Assembly: GCA_051453625.1 (NCBI GenBank)
Contig: JBOZIK010000001.1
Coordinates: 3,138,870-3,202,869, forward strand
Direction: 5' to 3'
Origin: Welwitschia mirabilis
Taxonomy: Eukaryota
DNA: 64,000 bases
The notes below the pieces were generated by a model. The model saw only the letters and a program-made list of their open reading frames with translations, searched no databases and was not told the origin of the DNA. Within the stretch, counting starts at the first letter, position 1, and the number at the start of each line of letters is the position of its first letter. The position numbers and the translations under genes are program-made. Below, in pieces: positions 24,305-38,100 of this stretch.

Positions 24305-24575
24305 TCAGCATTTAAAAGTAGATTAATCACTATCAATGAAGCTAAAGCAGCTAAAATCATGCCTAAAGAGGTTAAAAAAGTATATATTCTAAAATGGGAA
24401 GGTCTTTTTCTTAGCTTACAAGGGTAAAAAACTACAAATAAACTTGAGAAGAATAAGAAAAGAAATAAGGCCTTCAAGTTTTAGCTTATTTATAGAAAAC
24501 ATTAGTGATGGGGTTAAGTTTTCAAAACAACACTGGCTTTTTCATAAGAAACCTCCTTCACACTTGTCCTTTTGA
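24305..24575. repeat. ~270-bp diverged direct repeat, copy B
   Basis: Matches 23030-23300. Confidence 0.75.
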
Positions 24576-26029
24576 AAAAAAACAATAATAAAAGAATTCT
24601 CTTGTTAATTAAAGAAAAAGAATGACTTTAAGTAAGCATTTAAAACCTTAACATATTTTTAAAGTAACTAATCTCACTTAGAAAATAATCATCTTTCAAA
24701 ATTAATAAAACATTCTTGTGTAGGAACAAATTATGTTAAATTCAATTTTTCTTAACTGTGAGTTTGAGGACGAGACATAGGACTCATTTAATCTTAGCTA
24801 GAAATAGGTAGTATTCACATTTAAAATTTATGAAAAATTAAGCAAGATTACTTTTGGAAGTTATACTCCACCCCCTTCCTAAGATTTGCAACTCTCATGG
24901 TAAATGATTAGTTTAGAAAGCTAATAAGAAAATATCTCAATAAATGAATATTACTATAAAAAACCTAAACAAAATACTTTATGGTTAAAAGTGATAATGT
25001 AGATGGTAGGGGTGGTATAGAAAATAGATGAATTTTCTAAATACCCATAAGTTATGTGTATGAGAATGCATGAAACCAATTAGAAATATAATTATACATT
25101 CATCAACTCTTTTAATGTTAACCAAATCATCTTTCAAGACATCAATTTTGAATTATTTAGTAAAAATGAGGAATCTTCATACTGATCTAGAGCGTGATAG
25201 AATAATTAGGTCATTTCCTACTTACATATGCCCTTTGGAACTATTATAGTAATGCCTTCATAGCATAAAAGTTCATCAAAGTTTTAGGGTCTAGATTTTA
25301 ATAGTGAATTAGATAAGAACAACACAACACACTATAGTATACAATTCTAAGGATGAGATGAGAAAATTTACTACATAAAATAAAGAGTAGTTTTACTAGA
25401 GTATAAAGCATATAGTATAAGATTTTGCATCATGATAATCTTATACCTAATCGTTCTTCTCTTCTACTTATTTTCTCTCTCTCTCTCTTCACCCCTTAAA
25501 ATTAGAATAAAAATTCCATTTATTTTTTCTTAGATTGAGTATAATTTCATAAAGTAGGTTATTGTGAAAACTTCTACTGCTTTAACATAAAATTATTTCA
25601 TGTAGTAATGGCTATGAAGAAGGAAAATAATAAAGGGAAAATAAGGTTGGGAAAACAATAACATATAGTAACTAATTTTGTTATGATTCAAGAACATGAA
25701 AAAATTGAACATGAAAGGTGTGGTAAAAATTCATAATAACATGCTTCATAATTCCAATACATTAAAAAGATTAAAAAATGACATTATTTCTACTCACCAA
25801 GCTAACATAAGAAAGTGATTACAAGGTAATTCCTTTGTTTATTTTTTAAAATTTTTTAACCCTTTAAGAATAATTAAAACATAGTAAAAAAATACTTTTT
25901 GAAATCTAGAAAGTATGCATAAGAACTTATTTATTTATGGGCTAAGTAGTATATGGCATAATCATAGTTTATATTATCCAATGCTATTGGATTAAAGGTA
26001 AAAGTAATTAGGTTGGAGTTAGGAGGTTT

Positions 26030-26624
26030 TTTAGAATTAATAGTAATGCATGTTAGCTTTTTCCTCATGATAGATTTTTAGTCATTGGCCATTTATAATG
26101 AACTGACTATAGTTGGTTAGTTTTTAGTTATAATGCCCACACTACAATTTATTTTTGAAAGTCCTTCTTACTTGGTAACTAGTTTTTTAAGAGACTTATG
26201 TAATCTCATGCTGTATAATAAAGCTTTATCAATATCGTTGAAAATATTTCTTTTAATTTTTTTAATCATGATAATACTTCATATGTTTATTCATAATTTA
26301 TTATAGATTTACTACATAGTATATTATCTTATCTAATTTTTCTAGTTATAATATTCCTTTTGGGATGTTATCTTGATTATTAAGATTCAGTTTCTACCTT
26401 AACATCCACTACTTATTTTGAATATTTACTACTAATAAGAATTTTTTTTCATAGATGAGTTGATATGGAGTATAGCCTAACAAATTTTTTCATGTTATTA
26501 TCTAAGCCCATAATGCATCATTTAACTTATTATATCACTTCTTATTAAAATGAACTATTTTGACTAATATTCTTATAACCTCTCAATTATACTAGATCAT
26601 TTATTTGTGGATGATAAAAAGTAA
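26030..26624 (-). mobile_element. Ty3/gypsy (Athila/Tat-like) integrase C-terminal remnant, truncated by the SIRE-like insertion
   Basis: Minus strand reads TFYHPQIND, KLNDALWA*, LLGYTPYQLIY, KLNL and MKYYHD*, matching the Athila integrase motifs TPYHPQTNG / KLDDALWAYRT / GMSPYRLVYG / KxWHDK. Confidence 0.75.
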
Positions 26625-28446
26625 TGTTGACAAAATACAAATTTTGATGATTTCACTTCTCAAATGTAATGTGTTTAGTATGTAAATAGGGTGTTAAAAA
26701 TATTTTTTAAGTTAACAAGATAGTTTATAAGATTCACACAAAAGACTCAAGGCCATAGATTATTCCATTTAGAATTCATAAAGCTTAGACATGTTTGACT
26801 ATAGACATATGTGGTGTAAAAGACATCTATGAGAAAGATGTCTATAAGATGGAAGATATCTATACTAAAACTAAATTAAAAATAGGAGAAAGATATCTAT
26901 AGGATAAAAGATGTCCATACTAAAACTTAACGTGAAACTAATGAAATAAGACTATGATATAAAAGACATCTATACTAAACTGAAGTAGGTGATAAAAAAC
27001 AATCTATGTGAACATGATGATAGTGATGATCTATTTATTTTCTAAGGATCTAAGTGGATTATGCATGATAAATTATTAATATCAAAAGGTTATAGAAATA
27101 GTAGTTTAAAGATTTTTCAATTCTTAACAAATTTACTAAAAACATCTCTCATGTCGAATACATTTGCGTAAAAGATGTCTATCAACATTAAAGATATTTT
27201 CTTGAAAGACATCTATGAGATTAAATATGTCTATTTTAAATTTGGTATAAAATAAATATAGCCATTAAATGATGGAAATTAGCCATTTATAATCATTGAA
27301 GAATAGTCAAACTAATTCAAATGGTCATCTTCCTAGGTAAATGGACTATATTGCTTTAAAAGGATAAAAAGCACAAAGAAACATGATTGAAGAACTTTTT
27401 AGGAAAAAGCATTTTTGAAACTACATAAGATGTAATCTTTTAAAATTGAATAAAGGATACTATCACTAAAAAACATCCTGAATTTCTATGTTCATCCACT
27501 AATTCATCTCTGATATTTGAATCCTGAAAGTAACTTCATCAAAGAAGAACTAAAACAACTACACTTGACATATCATTTTAGTCTTTTTTTATTTCATTCT
27601 AGTTTTGGCATTTTTTTTGTTGAAATATTTTATTTGTTAAATATTTTATTTATAATTCAAAATCATTTTATCTATCTCTCTTTTTAGGATCCCTTTCTTA
27701 AGAATTCCAAAGTCTAAGACAATCATTACATGGATGTCCTTCTTGAGATTGGCCAAGTTCTTAAGAGCATTTTTGAATATTAATTTGATGTAATTGTTGA
27801 GGAGAAGAGAGTTCTATCTTAAGAGGAGCATTTCATTTGATTGTAAGATTGGTGATACTCCAAAATGATTATTTTTATAGGTTAAATATATTTAGAGGTA
27901 TGAAGAAAAGCTACTTTCTACATGTTGACATATCTAAGTTGGGGAACCACGTAAATTAGTAAGATTTCCTTTTATACTTTTTATTAGTTCATTAGTTAAA
28001 TTTTATTTGATGGAACTCATTCATACTTCCCCTCTAAGTTTTATGATCTTTGAATAATATCAGAGTAAGTACTCACAAAAAGAAGTAATACCCTGAACAA
28101 TGAAAAGGATGCCATCTATCAGAGCTCTTATTTTTGATGGATCAAACTATGCCTATTAGAAGATAAGGATGTGGTTATACTTATACCCTTTCAAATTTTA
28201 GGTTGAAATAACATTGAAGATGGATACACAGAGCTAACAAAAACCTTCATAGATGTTGTAGAAAACACCCTTACATATGTCAAGTTTAGGTGGAAATGGA
28301 AAGACCAAGACAAAATAGACTTTACATATGATTCAAAGATAAAGAATGATCTCTATTTAGTCCTTACTATGAAAGAGTTTAACCAAATAGTTAGATGCAA
28401 AACTATCAAAGAGATATGGAATGTCTTAAAAGAGATGTACCTAATC

Positions 28447-28610
28447 ATCATACAAAACCTTGACTGATGCACTAGAACTAACAACATGGGTGTGCAGTCC
28501 TGTCACATAGAACCTTGACTGATGTACTGGAATCAATAACATGGGTCATGGGTATGTGGTCCCTTGGGACAGGTGTGGGAAAACCAACAACGTGAGTGTG
28601 TAGTCCTAGG
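28447..28610. repeat. Degenerate tandem repeat (~55-bp unit AACCTTGACTGATGnACTnGAAnnAAnAACATGGGT) at the start of an unclassified ~1.3-kb insert in gag
   Basis: Two clear units near 28457 and 28511, plus a partial unit near 28582. Confidence 0.6.
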
Positions 28611-29772
28611 AAAAGCCTAGTGTGACATCGGCCTTCACACCACACCGCTAGGTATGGGTTGTGAATTATGTGGTGGAGAGGCTAGGTAGAAATCAACTAT
28701 AGGATTGAGGTAGAACTAGCCAAGTAACGAATCAAGACAAATAGCTTTATGAGTTATAACTAGACTATAAGAAATCTTGCTAGCCATAGACAAATGTTAT
28801 AATTGATGCCTCCCTTCTGAATCTGTTCTTGCTGATCCAACAACTAATATTCTATTACAGTGTGCATGTAGTAGGTAATTAAATAATAGAATCCAACAAC
28901 TACCTTATCCCCGTTATGTACAATGCCATCTCACAAATATGGCAACAAACTTGTACATAAGCTTCATAGGATAGTGTGTTTGAAAAGGATTTACATATAA
29001 CAATCTTGCACTTTCTAGGCTAGAAAATGTAGCCCTCCCTATTGCTCCAAGAATTCTGCACCATTCTGCAATTCCTTTGGACTATAAAAACTCTAGTCAT
29101 AATGCTCCTATAACACTTATGCACACATTACTACAGGAAGGATAATAATAGTTATATATGTGGTGTGGGATCATCTCATGTCTGTTAGATAACTGATCGT
29201 ATGAACTTTATCCACTGTAATGTCTCCATGTTCTAGGGCCAACCAAATATCCATACCACATATCTATGTGAAAGGTGTTGGATAAATATGCATGCTACCT
29301 GTACATAAGGAAGATGAATTGTTAAGTAATTAAAATTCTTGATTTGGATTGATGAAATGTAATATCATAGAATACAAGTTAAATAAATATTCTTTATGGT
29401 TTGACATTGTCTCAATGTTTACAATCATTGTAAATAAAATGCTTGAAAGCTTTATATTATTAGGTTGTTTAAATACCAATGATAATAATATTTTGATACT
29501 CTTTAGTTTCTCTAAATTTTTGCATTTCAAATAATGAAATGGGCTTTTTATTACAAAATGTAAACTTTTAAAAGAAACTTTTACAATGGCATAAATACGA
29601 GAAGGATTCACTTTTATGTGCTATCATGATTTGAAAATTTGGTCTCAGTTAAAATGATTACAAAGATAAAAAAAAACAATATAGATAAATCAACTTTTCA
29701 CTACAAAGTTTTAAGTTTGTTAACTATTCTTTAACAATAATTTTAGAAAAGATCCAAAATCAGTAACTAATT

Positions 29773-32184
29773 TGTAGGAATTTAGACCCCATCAAGTGTA
29801 GTAAAGGACTAAAACTAAGAAGAATCTAGGGAGCAATTTTGGTATTCAATGGAAACAACTCATTCAATTTTATTACTAAGAAGGGATTTAAATATCCTAA
29901 TAGTACAATGAAAAATAGACATGTTGAATAGTAGGAGAGAAAAATTAGGAGGTGGTTTTAACTGCCATTTAAAAAAGAAATATGAGAGTTAATTACCCAA
30001 ATAAAATCCAACAAATCCTTCCTTGATGACAAATATAAGAATTAGACTGTTATCATATTCAAAGTGCTAGAAATGCCTTTAGCATAACAATTCATATAAA
30101 ATTTATCACATAAGTATGGATTGACCACGACAATGTGGACTAACCACAAAAATGTGAATTAAGCATGACAATATGGACTAATCATAAAAATGTGGACTAA
30201 CCATGACATTATAAACTAACCATGATAATGTGTACTAACTACAATAATACGGACTAATCATAATAAAGAACAAATTCAAGCAAATTTTATCTTAAAAAAT
30301 ATCAAAAAAAGTATCTCAGACCACTTCTCACAATATCATCTTTATATGAAATTGCAATATTTATTGGTTGTGACAAGCACACAATCTAGCCTTTACTAAA
30401 ATTTCAAGTACTTAGCAAATGAGGGCGGGGGGAGGGGGAGGAACTAAAAGGAGAATAAATCCCATTTACTTTAACTTTTTTACCTCTATTCATCTCTCAA
30501 CATACAAAAAAAGGTATCTTTCTTTATTTTGTGTATTTTGCAAGTAATAACAAAGGCAAGTAAACTTGCTCAAAAGCTAATGTAGGGATAGAAAGAACAT
30601 GTCTACTAAATTATAATAGGAGGATGTGACAAAATATTTTTTAGATAGTAAAATAATACAACACATGGTTCCTGAAGCCCTTAAAGTTCTATCATGCATA
30701 GAGCTCCATTGGTTAAGACTTAAAGAAAACATGTTACTTAATCTTATTTTAAAAAAATTTTAAATTCACAAACAGAGGCCTAAAATTACTAGAAAGAGGA
30801 AGTGTAAAAATCTAGTGAACATCATGCTTACATATACTAATTCTATTAAACTTATACATAAACTTAATAAATCTAAATTATTCCCTTCTATCTACATCAT
30901 TGTGCCATTGAGCTTGGAGTACTGCATGGTGAAAATTGTTAATAAGAAAGAAAGATATAGGTCCAAAATCTAAAATACCCAAGAAATTTAGAAATATAAT
31001 AGCACCAAACAAATTCAGATAAGCAACATGGCTAATGATTTTGCTGACCTTGCTGGGCATGAACTCCATTCTACTCCTTGAAGAAAACACACCAGAGTTT
31101 TATTCTACAACTTCAAATTTCATTTCTGTCATGAAAAAAGGCCAACAACATACCTATATCTCTCCATTAAAATATTTGTCCAAAATGAAAATTTTCTTTG
31201 AAAATAATCTTTAATCATTCAATATCAAAAAACCTTGCATGGTGAGGGAAATAAAAAATGAATTTGATTCATGAAATTCCAATTTAAGCTAGAGTCTTTA
31301 ATTGATAATCTAAGATAATAACCCCTACAACTAGCATCAATTCCCCAACTAGGAAAACACATGATCAAATTTTTACAAAGGAATCATAAGGAAGTCCTAA
31401 TCTAGATAAAGATGCGAATGCTGCTCATTCCTGCTTGCAGAATAAGTCTACCAAAATGTTCCTTTTAGAGTGTAAAAAAATCTATAAAAATATCAACTAC
31501 AAGTTTTTTTATAAAAGTGTTTGCAACATGGATAGTCTTCTGACCTCCTTGGAAACTAGTATGGAGAGCTTATTGTTCTTCAAGTAGAACTGGAATTGGA
31601 CCTTTGATCTCAGAGTTTTTCTTAACAATATGAGCTTCGAAGCTTAGAAGTAATAAAGGTCTATAGAAATGCACCACACATTCTCAAATGCTAATTTCTT
31701 AAAATGGTTGCATTCTCTACATCTTGAAAGTAGCAATAGTAGTGAGAACCTATTGGATCTAAAGCAAAAAACTTACATCTCTTGCTATTTTCTTTGGATT
31801 GCTACTTTCTTGCTCTTTTCTTTGGATTGCTACTTTCTTTCATTGAATCCAAAGCATGAATAAGCACTACCATAGAGAAGGAATTTATAGGATTTGAAGG
31901 AAGTGTGATTAAGCATAAAGTCTTTCTACTAGCTTTGATACCAATTTTAGGGATTTAGATCCTATTAAGCATAGTGGAGACCAAGAACTAGAAATAACCC
32001 AGCGAGTAATTTTGATATTTAATGGAAATAACTCACTTAATTTTACTAATAATGAGGATTTAAATACCCTGACAGTACAACAAAAAAGGACATGTTGGAT
32101 AGCAGAAGAGAGAAATCAAGAGGTAGCTTTAACAATCATTTAAAAAATGAATTTGAGAGTGGACTATATAAATAAAATCCAATA
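29773..32184 (-). mobile_element. Small non-autonomous LTR element (~240-bp LTRs) nested in the SIRE-like gag
   Basis: Direct repeats at 29773-30013 and 31946-32184 (TGTAGGAATTTAGAnCC...ATAAAATCCAAnA). PBS TGGTATCAAAGC is at 31932-31943 and a PPT-like CAAGGAAGGA at about 30016-30025. No gag/pol was recognised in the ~1.9-kb interior, and the TSD is not clean. Confidence 0.8.
30112..30265. repeat. ~19-bp minisatellite (TGGACTAACCATGACAATG-like), about 8 units
   Basis: Directly visible degenerate tandem units next to the PPT of the nested element. Confidence 0.8.
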
Positions 32185-35100
32185 ATAAATCAGTTGAAAT
32201 CCTTGAAGATGAATGATGGAAAGAGTGCAAGAATAATTCACAAGGGTTAACAACATTATGAATGTCATTCATGGGATTGATGAAGATCATTCAAAGGCTA
32301 AGATGATTTAGAAAGTAATTAGATCTTCGACTCCAAAATATAGAATAAAAGCAATAATAATGAAATAATTAACATATTTTAATACTATAAAGATTAAAGA
32401 ACTACAAAGTGCTTTTATAGCTTACAAGATGAAATTCATTTAAGATGGTGTAGTAAAAGAGAAGTTAATTGTTTTTAAGATAAGTAAAATATCAAAACAA
32501 GTATCTAAAGGGAAAGCAAAAGAAGCTTCAAATGCAAATGATTTAGAAGATGATGTAGATGAAGAGCTTGCTTTAATCATAAGGCATTTTAAGATACTTC
32601 TCTCATAAAAGAACAAAATAAATGAGGACTATAACAAGTTATCAGGATTTCAAACTAAATATAGGTCCAATGGTACATCTTTTTTTAGTTCTAGTTCTTC
32701 TTCTAAGAATGATATCTCTAGATTAGAATGTTGGATTTATGAAGGATAAGAAGATTTATCTCTAAAATTTTCTAGCTCTAATTGTTTATATAAAAAAGAA
32801 TGAATAAAAAAAGAAAGAAGAGAAAAAGAAAGCCCAAGGAAAATAAATCCTTCTTCACATATTAAGATTAAGATGAAGATGTCACAAAAGTAGATACATT
32901 AGATAGGGAGAGAGTTTACCTATCTTACATGACCATCATCCATACCTAAAGTGATAAAAAAGAGAAAAGAAATGATCAAGAATTAGAAAGTAAAGATGAA
33001 ATAGGTATGAAACTTTAAGAAAGATATGATTTAATTTCTATAGAAATTATTAAGTTACAAAAAAGTTTATTCTAAGATTAAGTTACTTCATAATCATGAA
33101 TTATATTATGAGTAAAAAAGGGTTATAATAATAGATTTGCAAATGAAAACTTAGCACTTAATACTAATATTATTAAACTAACATGTGAGTTGGAGAATAT
33201 TAGATAGAAACTTATAGATGCAAAGATAATTCATAAGAAATTCATCTAATGAAAGGAGACATTAAAGATCATGCTTAGATAATGTAGAAGTACCAGTGAA
33301 AAAAGTAGCCTAGGATATCCTAGGATACAATGAGGCTTTCACAAGTACTTCAACCTCACTTTTTAATAGGAAGAACTATAAGCCAATGCATGAGCATTTA
33401 ACTTTCATAAAGAACATTACTTGTTATTACTATTATAAATGTGATCATTATTAATTAAATTATCCATACATGTTTGATAGAAGATACTATGCTAACAATG
33501 CTAAGAAGCCCAAGAGAATGGTATAATAGTTTATGTAGGAAAAACCAAAGTAGAAGCAAATTCCTAAATCAAGGTCAGTTCTCATAGTACAAATTGCCTT
33601 ATAGATCGTAAAGAGACATGCTTAGTATGATGAAAGTAAATGCTCTAAATACATAATAGATGATAAAACTAGTTTTACTTCCTTGATTGAGTAAGACAAA
33701 GGTATGGTCACATTTGATGATAACATAAAAGCATCAATCAGAGGTATTGGAACCATTAGTGGAGGTAGTTTACTTAAGGTAAAAGATGTGTTTTATATTG
33801 AAGGTTTACAACATAATTTAATTAGTATAAGTTATCTATGTGATGTAAATGTTTCTATGATTTTTATCAAAATTATCATGTTATAAAGGAATGTAAGTCA
33901 ACTAAAGTTCTATTTTCTAGGCTTAGAAAATCAAAGATTCATATCACCACATTGTAAGATACTTCTAAAAAAAGTATGAAGTGATTATTAAGTGCTATAA
34001 GCAATGAAAATATGTGGTAAAATAAGCTTGGACATATAACAAGAATCTACTAAAGACCCTCTATTCAAAGGACATGTTAAGATGACTTTTCAAATTGCAA
34101 AATTTTGATGATGAGATTAGTGAAACTTGTCAAAAGGAAAAGAAAATAAGGGTAAGGTTTGTAAGGAAAGTTATATCTCCATAAAACATCCTTTGGATTT
34201 TCTACATGTTAATAGTATTAGACTGTCTCCTATTGAAAGTCTTATTAAGAAAAGATATCTATTCTCGATGATTTTTCCCATATACATGGGTGGCCTTCCT
34301 TACACACAAGAATGGAACCTTTGACATCTTTCTTGTGTTGTGTATTAGATTATAGAACTTAAAAAATTATAGGATTAAAACAATAAGAAATGAAATTGGT
34401 ACAAAATTCAAGAATGCAAGGATCAAGAAATTTTATGAGTATTTTAACATATTTCATTAATTATTAGCTCTAAGAACACCATAAAAATGGAAAAGTTGAA
34501 AAGAAAAACTAGATACTAAATGAGATGGTAAGGACAATGATGCACAATCAACAAATTCCTTACCATTTTTGGGTAAAAGCCATTAACATAGCTTGTTATG
34601 TCTCAAATAGAGTTTTGATAAGAGATTTTATGTTTAAAACTCCATATGAGCTATGGTGTGGTAAGAAATTTTTAGTAAGTTACTTTCATGATTTTGGTTT
34701 AAAATGTTTTATCTTAAATGAAAAATTTTTCTTAGAAAATTTGATTCTAAGGTTGATGAAGCTATTTTTCTAAGATAGTAAATGGCTAGTAAAGCTTCTT
34801 AAGTGTTCAACAAGAGAATGTAAGTGATAGAGAAAACTATAAATGTTAAAATTGATGATACTAACTTAACATCTATTTAGGTATAGGATGATTATGTGCC
34901 TATATGACTTAAAAAAACTAATAATAATCCACTTATGCAACTAGATAGTGATGAGAAGAAAGAAGATAAACCTAAAAAATAAACCTACTTACAAATGATC
35001 CTATTGAAAAACAATTACTTAACTAGCAACATAATTGGTAGTCCATATGATAATGTAAAAATAAGAAGCATACTAAGGATTTTTATGGATTCACAAGTTA

Positions 35101-38100
35101 CATCTCTTAAGTAAAACCCAAGAACTTTAATAAGGTATCAAAAGTTGATTATTCTATTTGACATAAGGCTACTTCTATCTAGTATTGGTTAGTGCATTTT
35201 CAACTTTAATATCTTCATGCTAATTCTAATTAAGATGATCAACATTAGATGATAGCTATTTAAGAAGAGTTAAACTAGTTTGAAATATATGATGTTTGGA
35301 AACTTACTCCAAGGCCATTAGGTAGATGAGTAATAGAAATAAAATGGGTGTTTATAAAGATGATAGAAGAAAATGGAAATGCCATGATAAACAAAGTAAT
35401 ATTGGTAATAAAAGAATACAACCAATAAAAAGGAATTAACTTTAAAGAGACCTTTCCATGGGTAGTATATGTAAAATCAATCAAGATGCTTCTAGCTTTT
35501 GCATGTGTCAAGAGATTTAAGCTCTACTAGTGGATGTCAAGAGTTCCTTCTTAAATAGAGTACTATAAGTAGAGGTATATGTTGAAAAACCTAAGGTTTT
35601 TTACTAATTATCATAGCTTAGATCATGTTTACAAGTTGAAAAAGGATTACTATGGATTTAAGCCGGCTCTTAGAGCTTAGTATGAAATTCTTTAAGATCA
35701 TCTAATAGAGAATGGATTTAAGGGAGGTACATTTGATATCACCTTATTTATAAAAATGAATAGTAAAAACTTTAATACTATAAAAAGTTACATAGATTAC
35801 ATTATATTTAGTACTACCAATGAATTTTTATGTAAGAAGTTTGTCAAGATCATGCAAGATGAACTTGAAATAAATTTCATTAAAGAAATGAGAAACTTCT
35901 TTAGTCTACAAGTTATGCAATATAGATGAGATATATCCATTTTTCATACTAAGAATATTAAGAGTTTATTATCCAAATACATGTTGCAAGATTATAAGGC
36001 AAAAGAGATATCTATAAACCAAGGCATAAAATTAGATAAAGATGAACATGGTAAGAAGATTGGTCAAAATCTATCTAGAGGTAAGATTCATAGTCCAATT
36101 TATCTTACTGCTAATAGACCAAATATTTTATTGAGTGTAAAAATTTATTCTTATGATCAAAGTAATCATAAAGAATAAAATATTAGGACTATTAAAAGAA
36201 TATTTTATTATTTAGAAGGTGCTACTAACTAAAACCTTTAGTACTTGAAGGAATCCTACCTTAATCTAGCTAGATATTATAAAGCAGATTGGGTAGGTTG
36301 TAAGATTGATAGGAGAAGCACAAGTGAAGGTTACTACTTCTTTGGATAATATTTGGTCTCATGCAGTAGTAAGAAGTAGAATTAAACTACTCTCCTGACT
36401 ATTGAATCCGAGTACATTACTGTTAAAAGTTGTTATGTAGAAGTGCATTAAATAATTCAAGTCTTGATTAATTTTAAACTCAAAATGGAGAACATTCTAA
36501 TCTATTTTAACAACAAAAATGCAATGAACTATCTAAGAATCCTATTCAACATTTTAGAATAAAGCACATTTATATTATACATCATTTTGTTTGAGAACAC
36601 GTATAAAATAGGAATATTACATTAGAATAAATAAAGATAGAAGATTAACTAGATGATGTATTTACTAAGTCATTGAGTGTAAATAAGTTCTTCAAGCTTT
36701 GAAACATCATGGGAATTGGGTCTTGACTAATTAAGTAAACTAGCATGTAATTTTTTTCTTATCTCAACTTAACACATTAGTTATATTATATTTTGTGAGT
36801 TTAGATAATAGTAGTAGGTATTTAAAGTTTATCTTGTGTTAGCATTTTAATTTTAAAGAATCTTTTTGGTTAATAGAATTAGGTTATACTTCTTTTAATA
36901 TTATCTTTTTAGGTTAAAAATTTCTAATAATGAGATTAGTAGTAGAAAATTTATAAGGTTTTAGGAATGCAAGGTCAATTTATTTTATATCTATAGATGT
37001 ATTTAATTCATAGACATCAATTATAAAGACATCTTTTATGATGTAGATGCCTTTAGCTATCAACAGTTAGCTAAGAAAAACAAGCATTTCTTTAATAGGT
37101 AGACATCTTATTTTTTCATTTTAAACATCTTTGAGGTAGTAGAAATATTTCTTGTATTTAAGTAATATTATAAATTTTAATAGGTAAACATATTTCTAAG
37201 TTGTAAACATCTATTATTTCCATTTTAAGTTTAAACATCTTTTAAGGCATAGATTTCTTTAACATTATGATTTTGAAAATAAAAATCCACATCAAAACTA
37301 GGTTTGACCCCTTTTGAGATGAGAAAGAGATTAGCAACTCTTATCTTTACTCCTCCACATAGCAAGTATCCTTATTAGTGTGCCCAAGAGCTCTCTTTAA
37401 CTTATTTTTCTCTAGTTAGATGTCTTTATTTTAGTAGAACTTCATAATAAGCAAGAATAGATGGACATCTTTCATAGGTGAATATTTTTTAGTATTTCTA
37501 TTATTTTTACTTAGAGCTGTAGTTTATTCTTATTATATTCCTCAAGAGTGATGAGAAGAAAGGCCTCTAGCTCAACCAAAGATAAGGGAACTACTTAAGA
37601 ATCAAAGTACCTTAGTATCATCCTTATTTCTATCATGAATTAGTAGAGAGAATATTTAATTAATGGATTATAAATTCTATTATCATAGATTAAATATTAG
37701 ATTTGCAAAAAAATAAAAAGGATTATATTCTAGTCTAATTCTCTTATCTTAGAGTGAAAATGATAGTCTAATTAGTGCAAAGCCTTTTAGATTAAGTGAT
37801 GCATGAGTTCTATGTGAACATTCATGAAACTAATGACTCTATAGGAAACATTTAGAAATAATTCAAAGGTACTTCTTTATTTTATCTTAGTATCATTAAT
37901 AGTCTACTTAGCATAGATGATTATAATCTCCCTCACTTATTCATGCATATATTTCAAAAAATATTTAAATGTAAAATAGCTAGAGTAACACATACAACTT
38001 AAGTACTATTATATTTGACAATTTAAAAATGGGTTTTTATGAAAATGTTGAGTGAAAATACATCGTTTCTAATGCCTCTATTTTAATCTTGATTACTTTT

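Noticed and set aside
30112-30265. Short repeats as a CRISPR array
   Set aside because: The units are tandem without unique spacers, the context is eukaryotic, and there are no cas genes.
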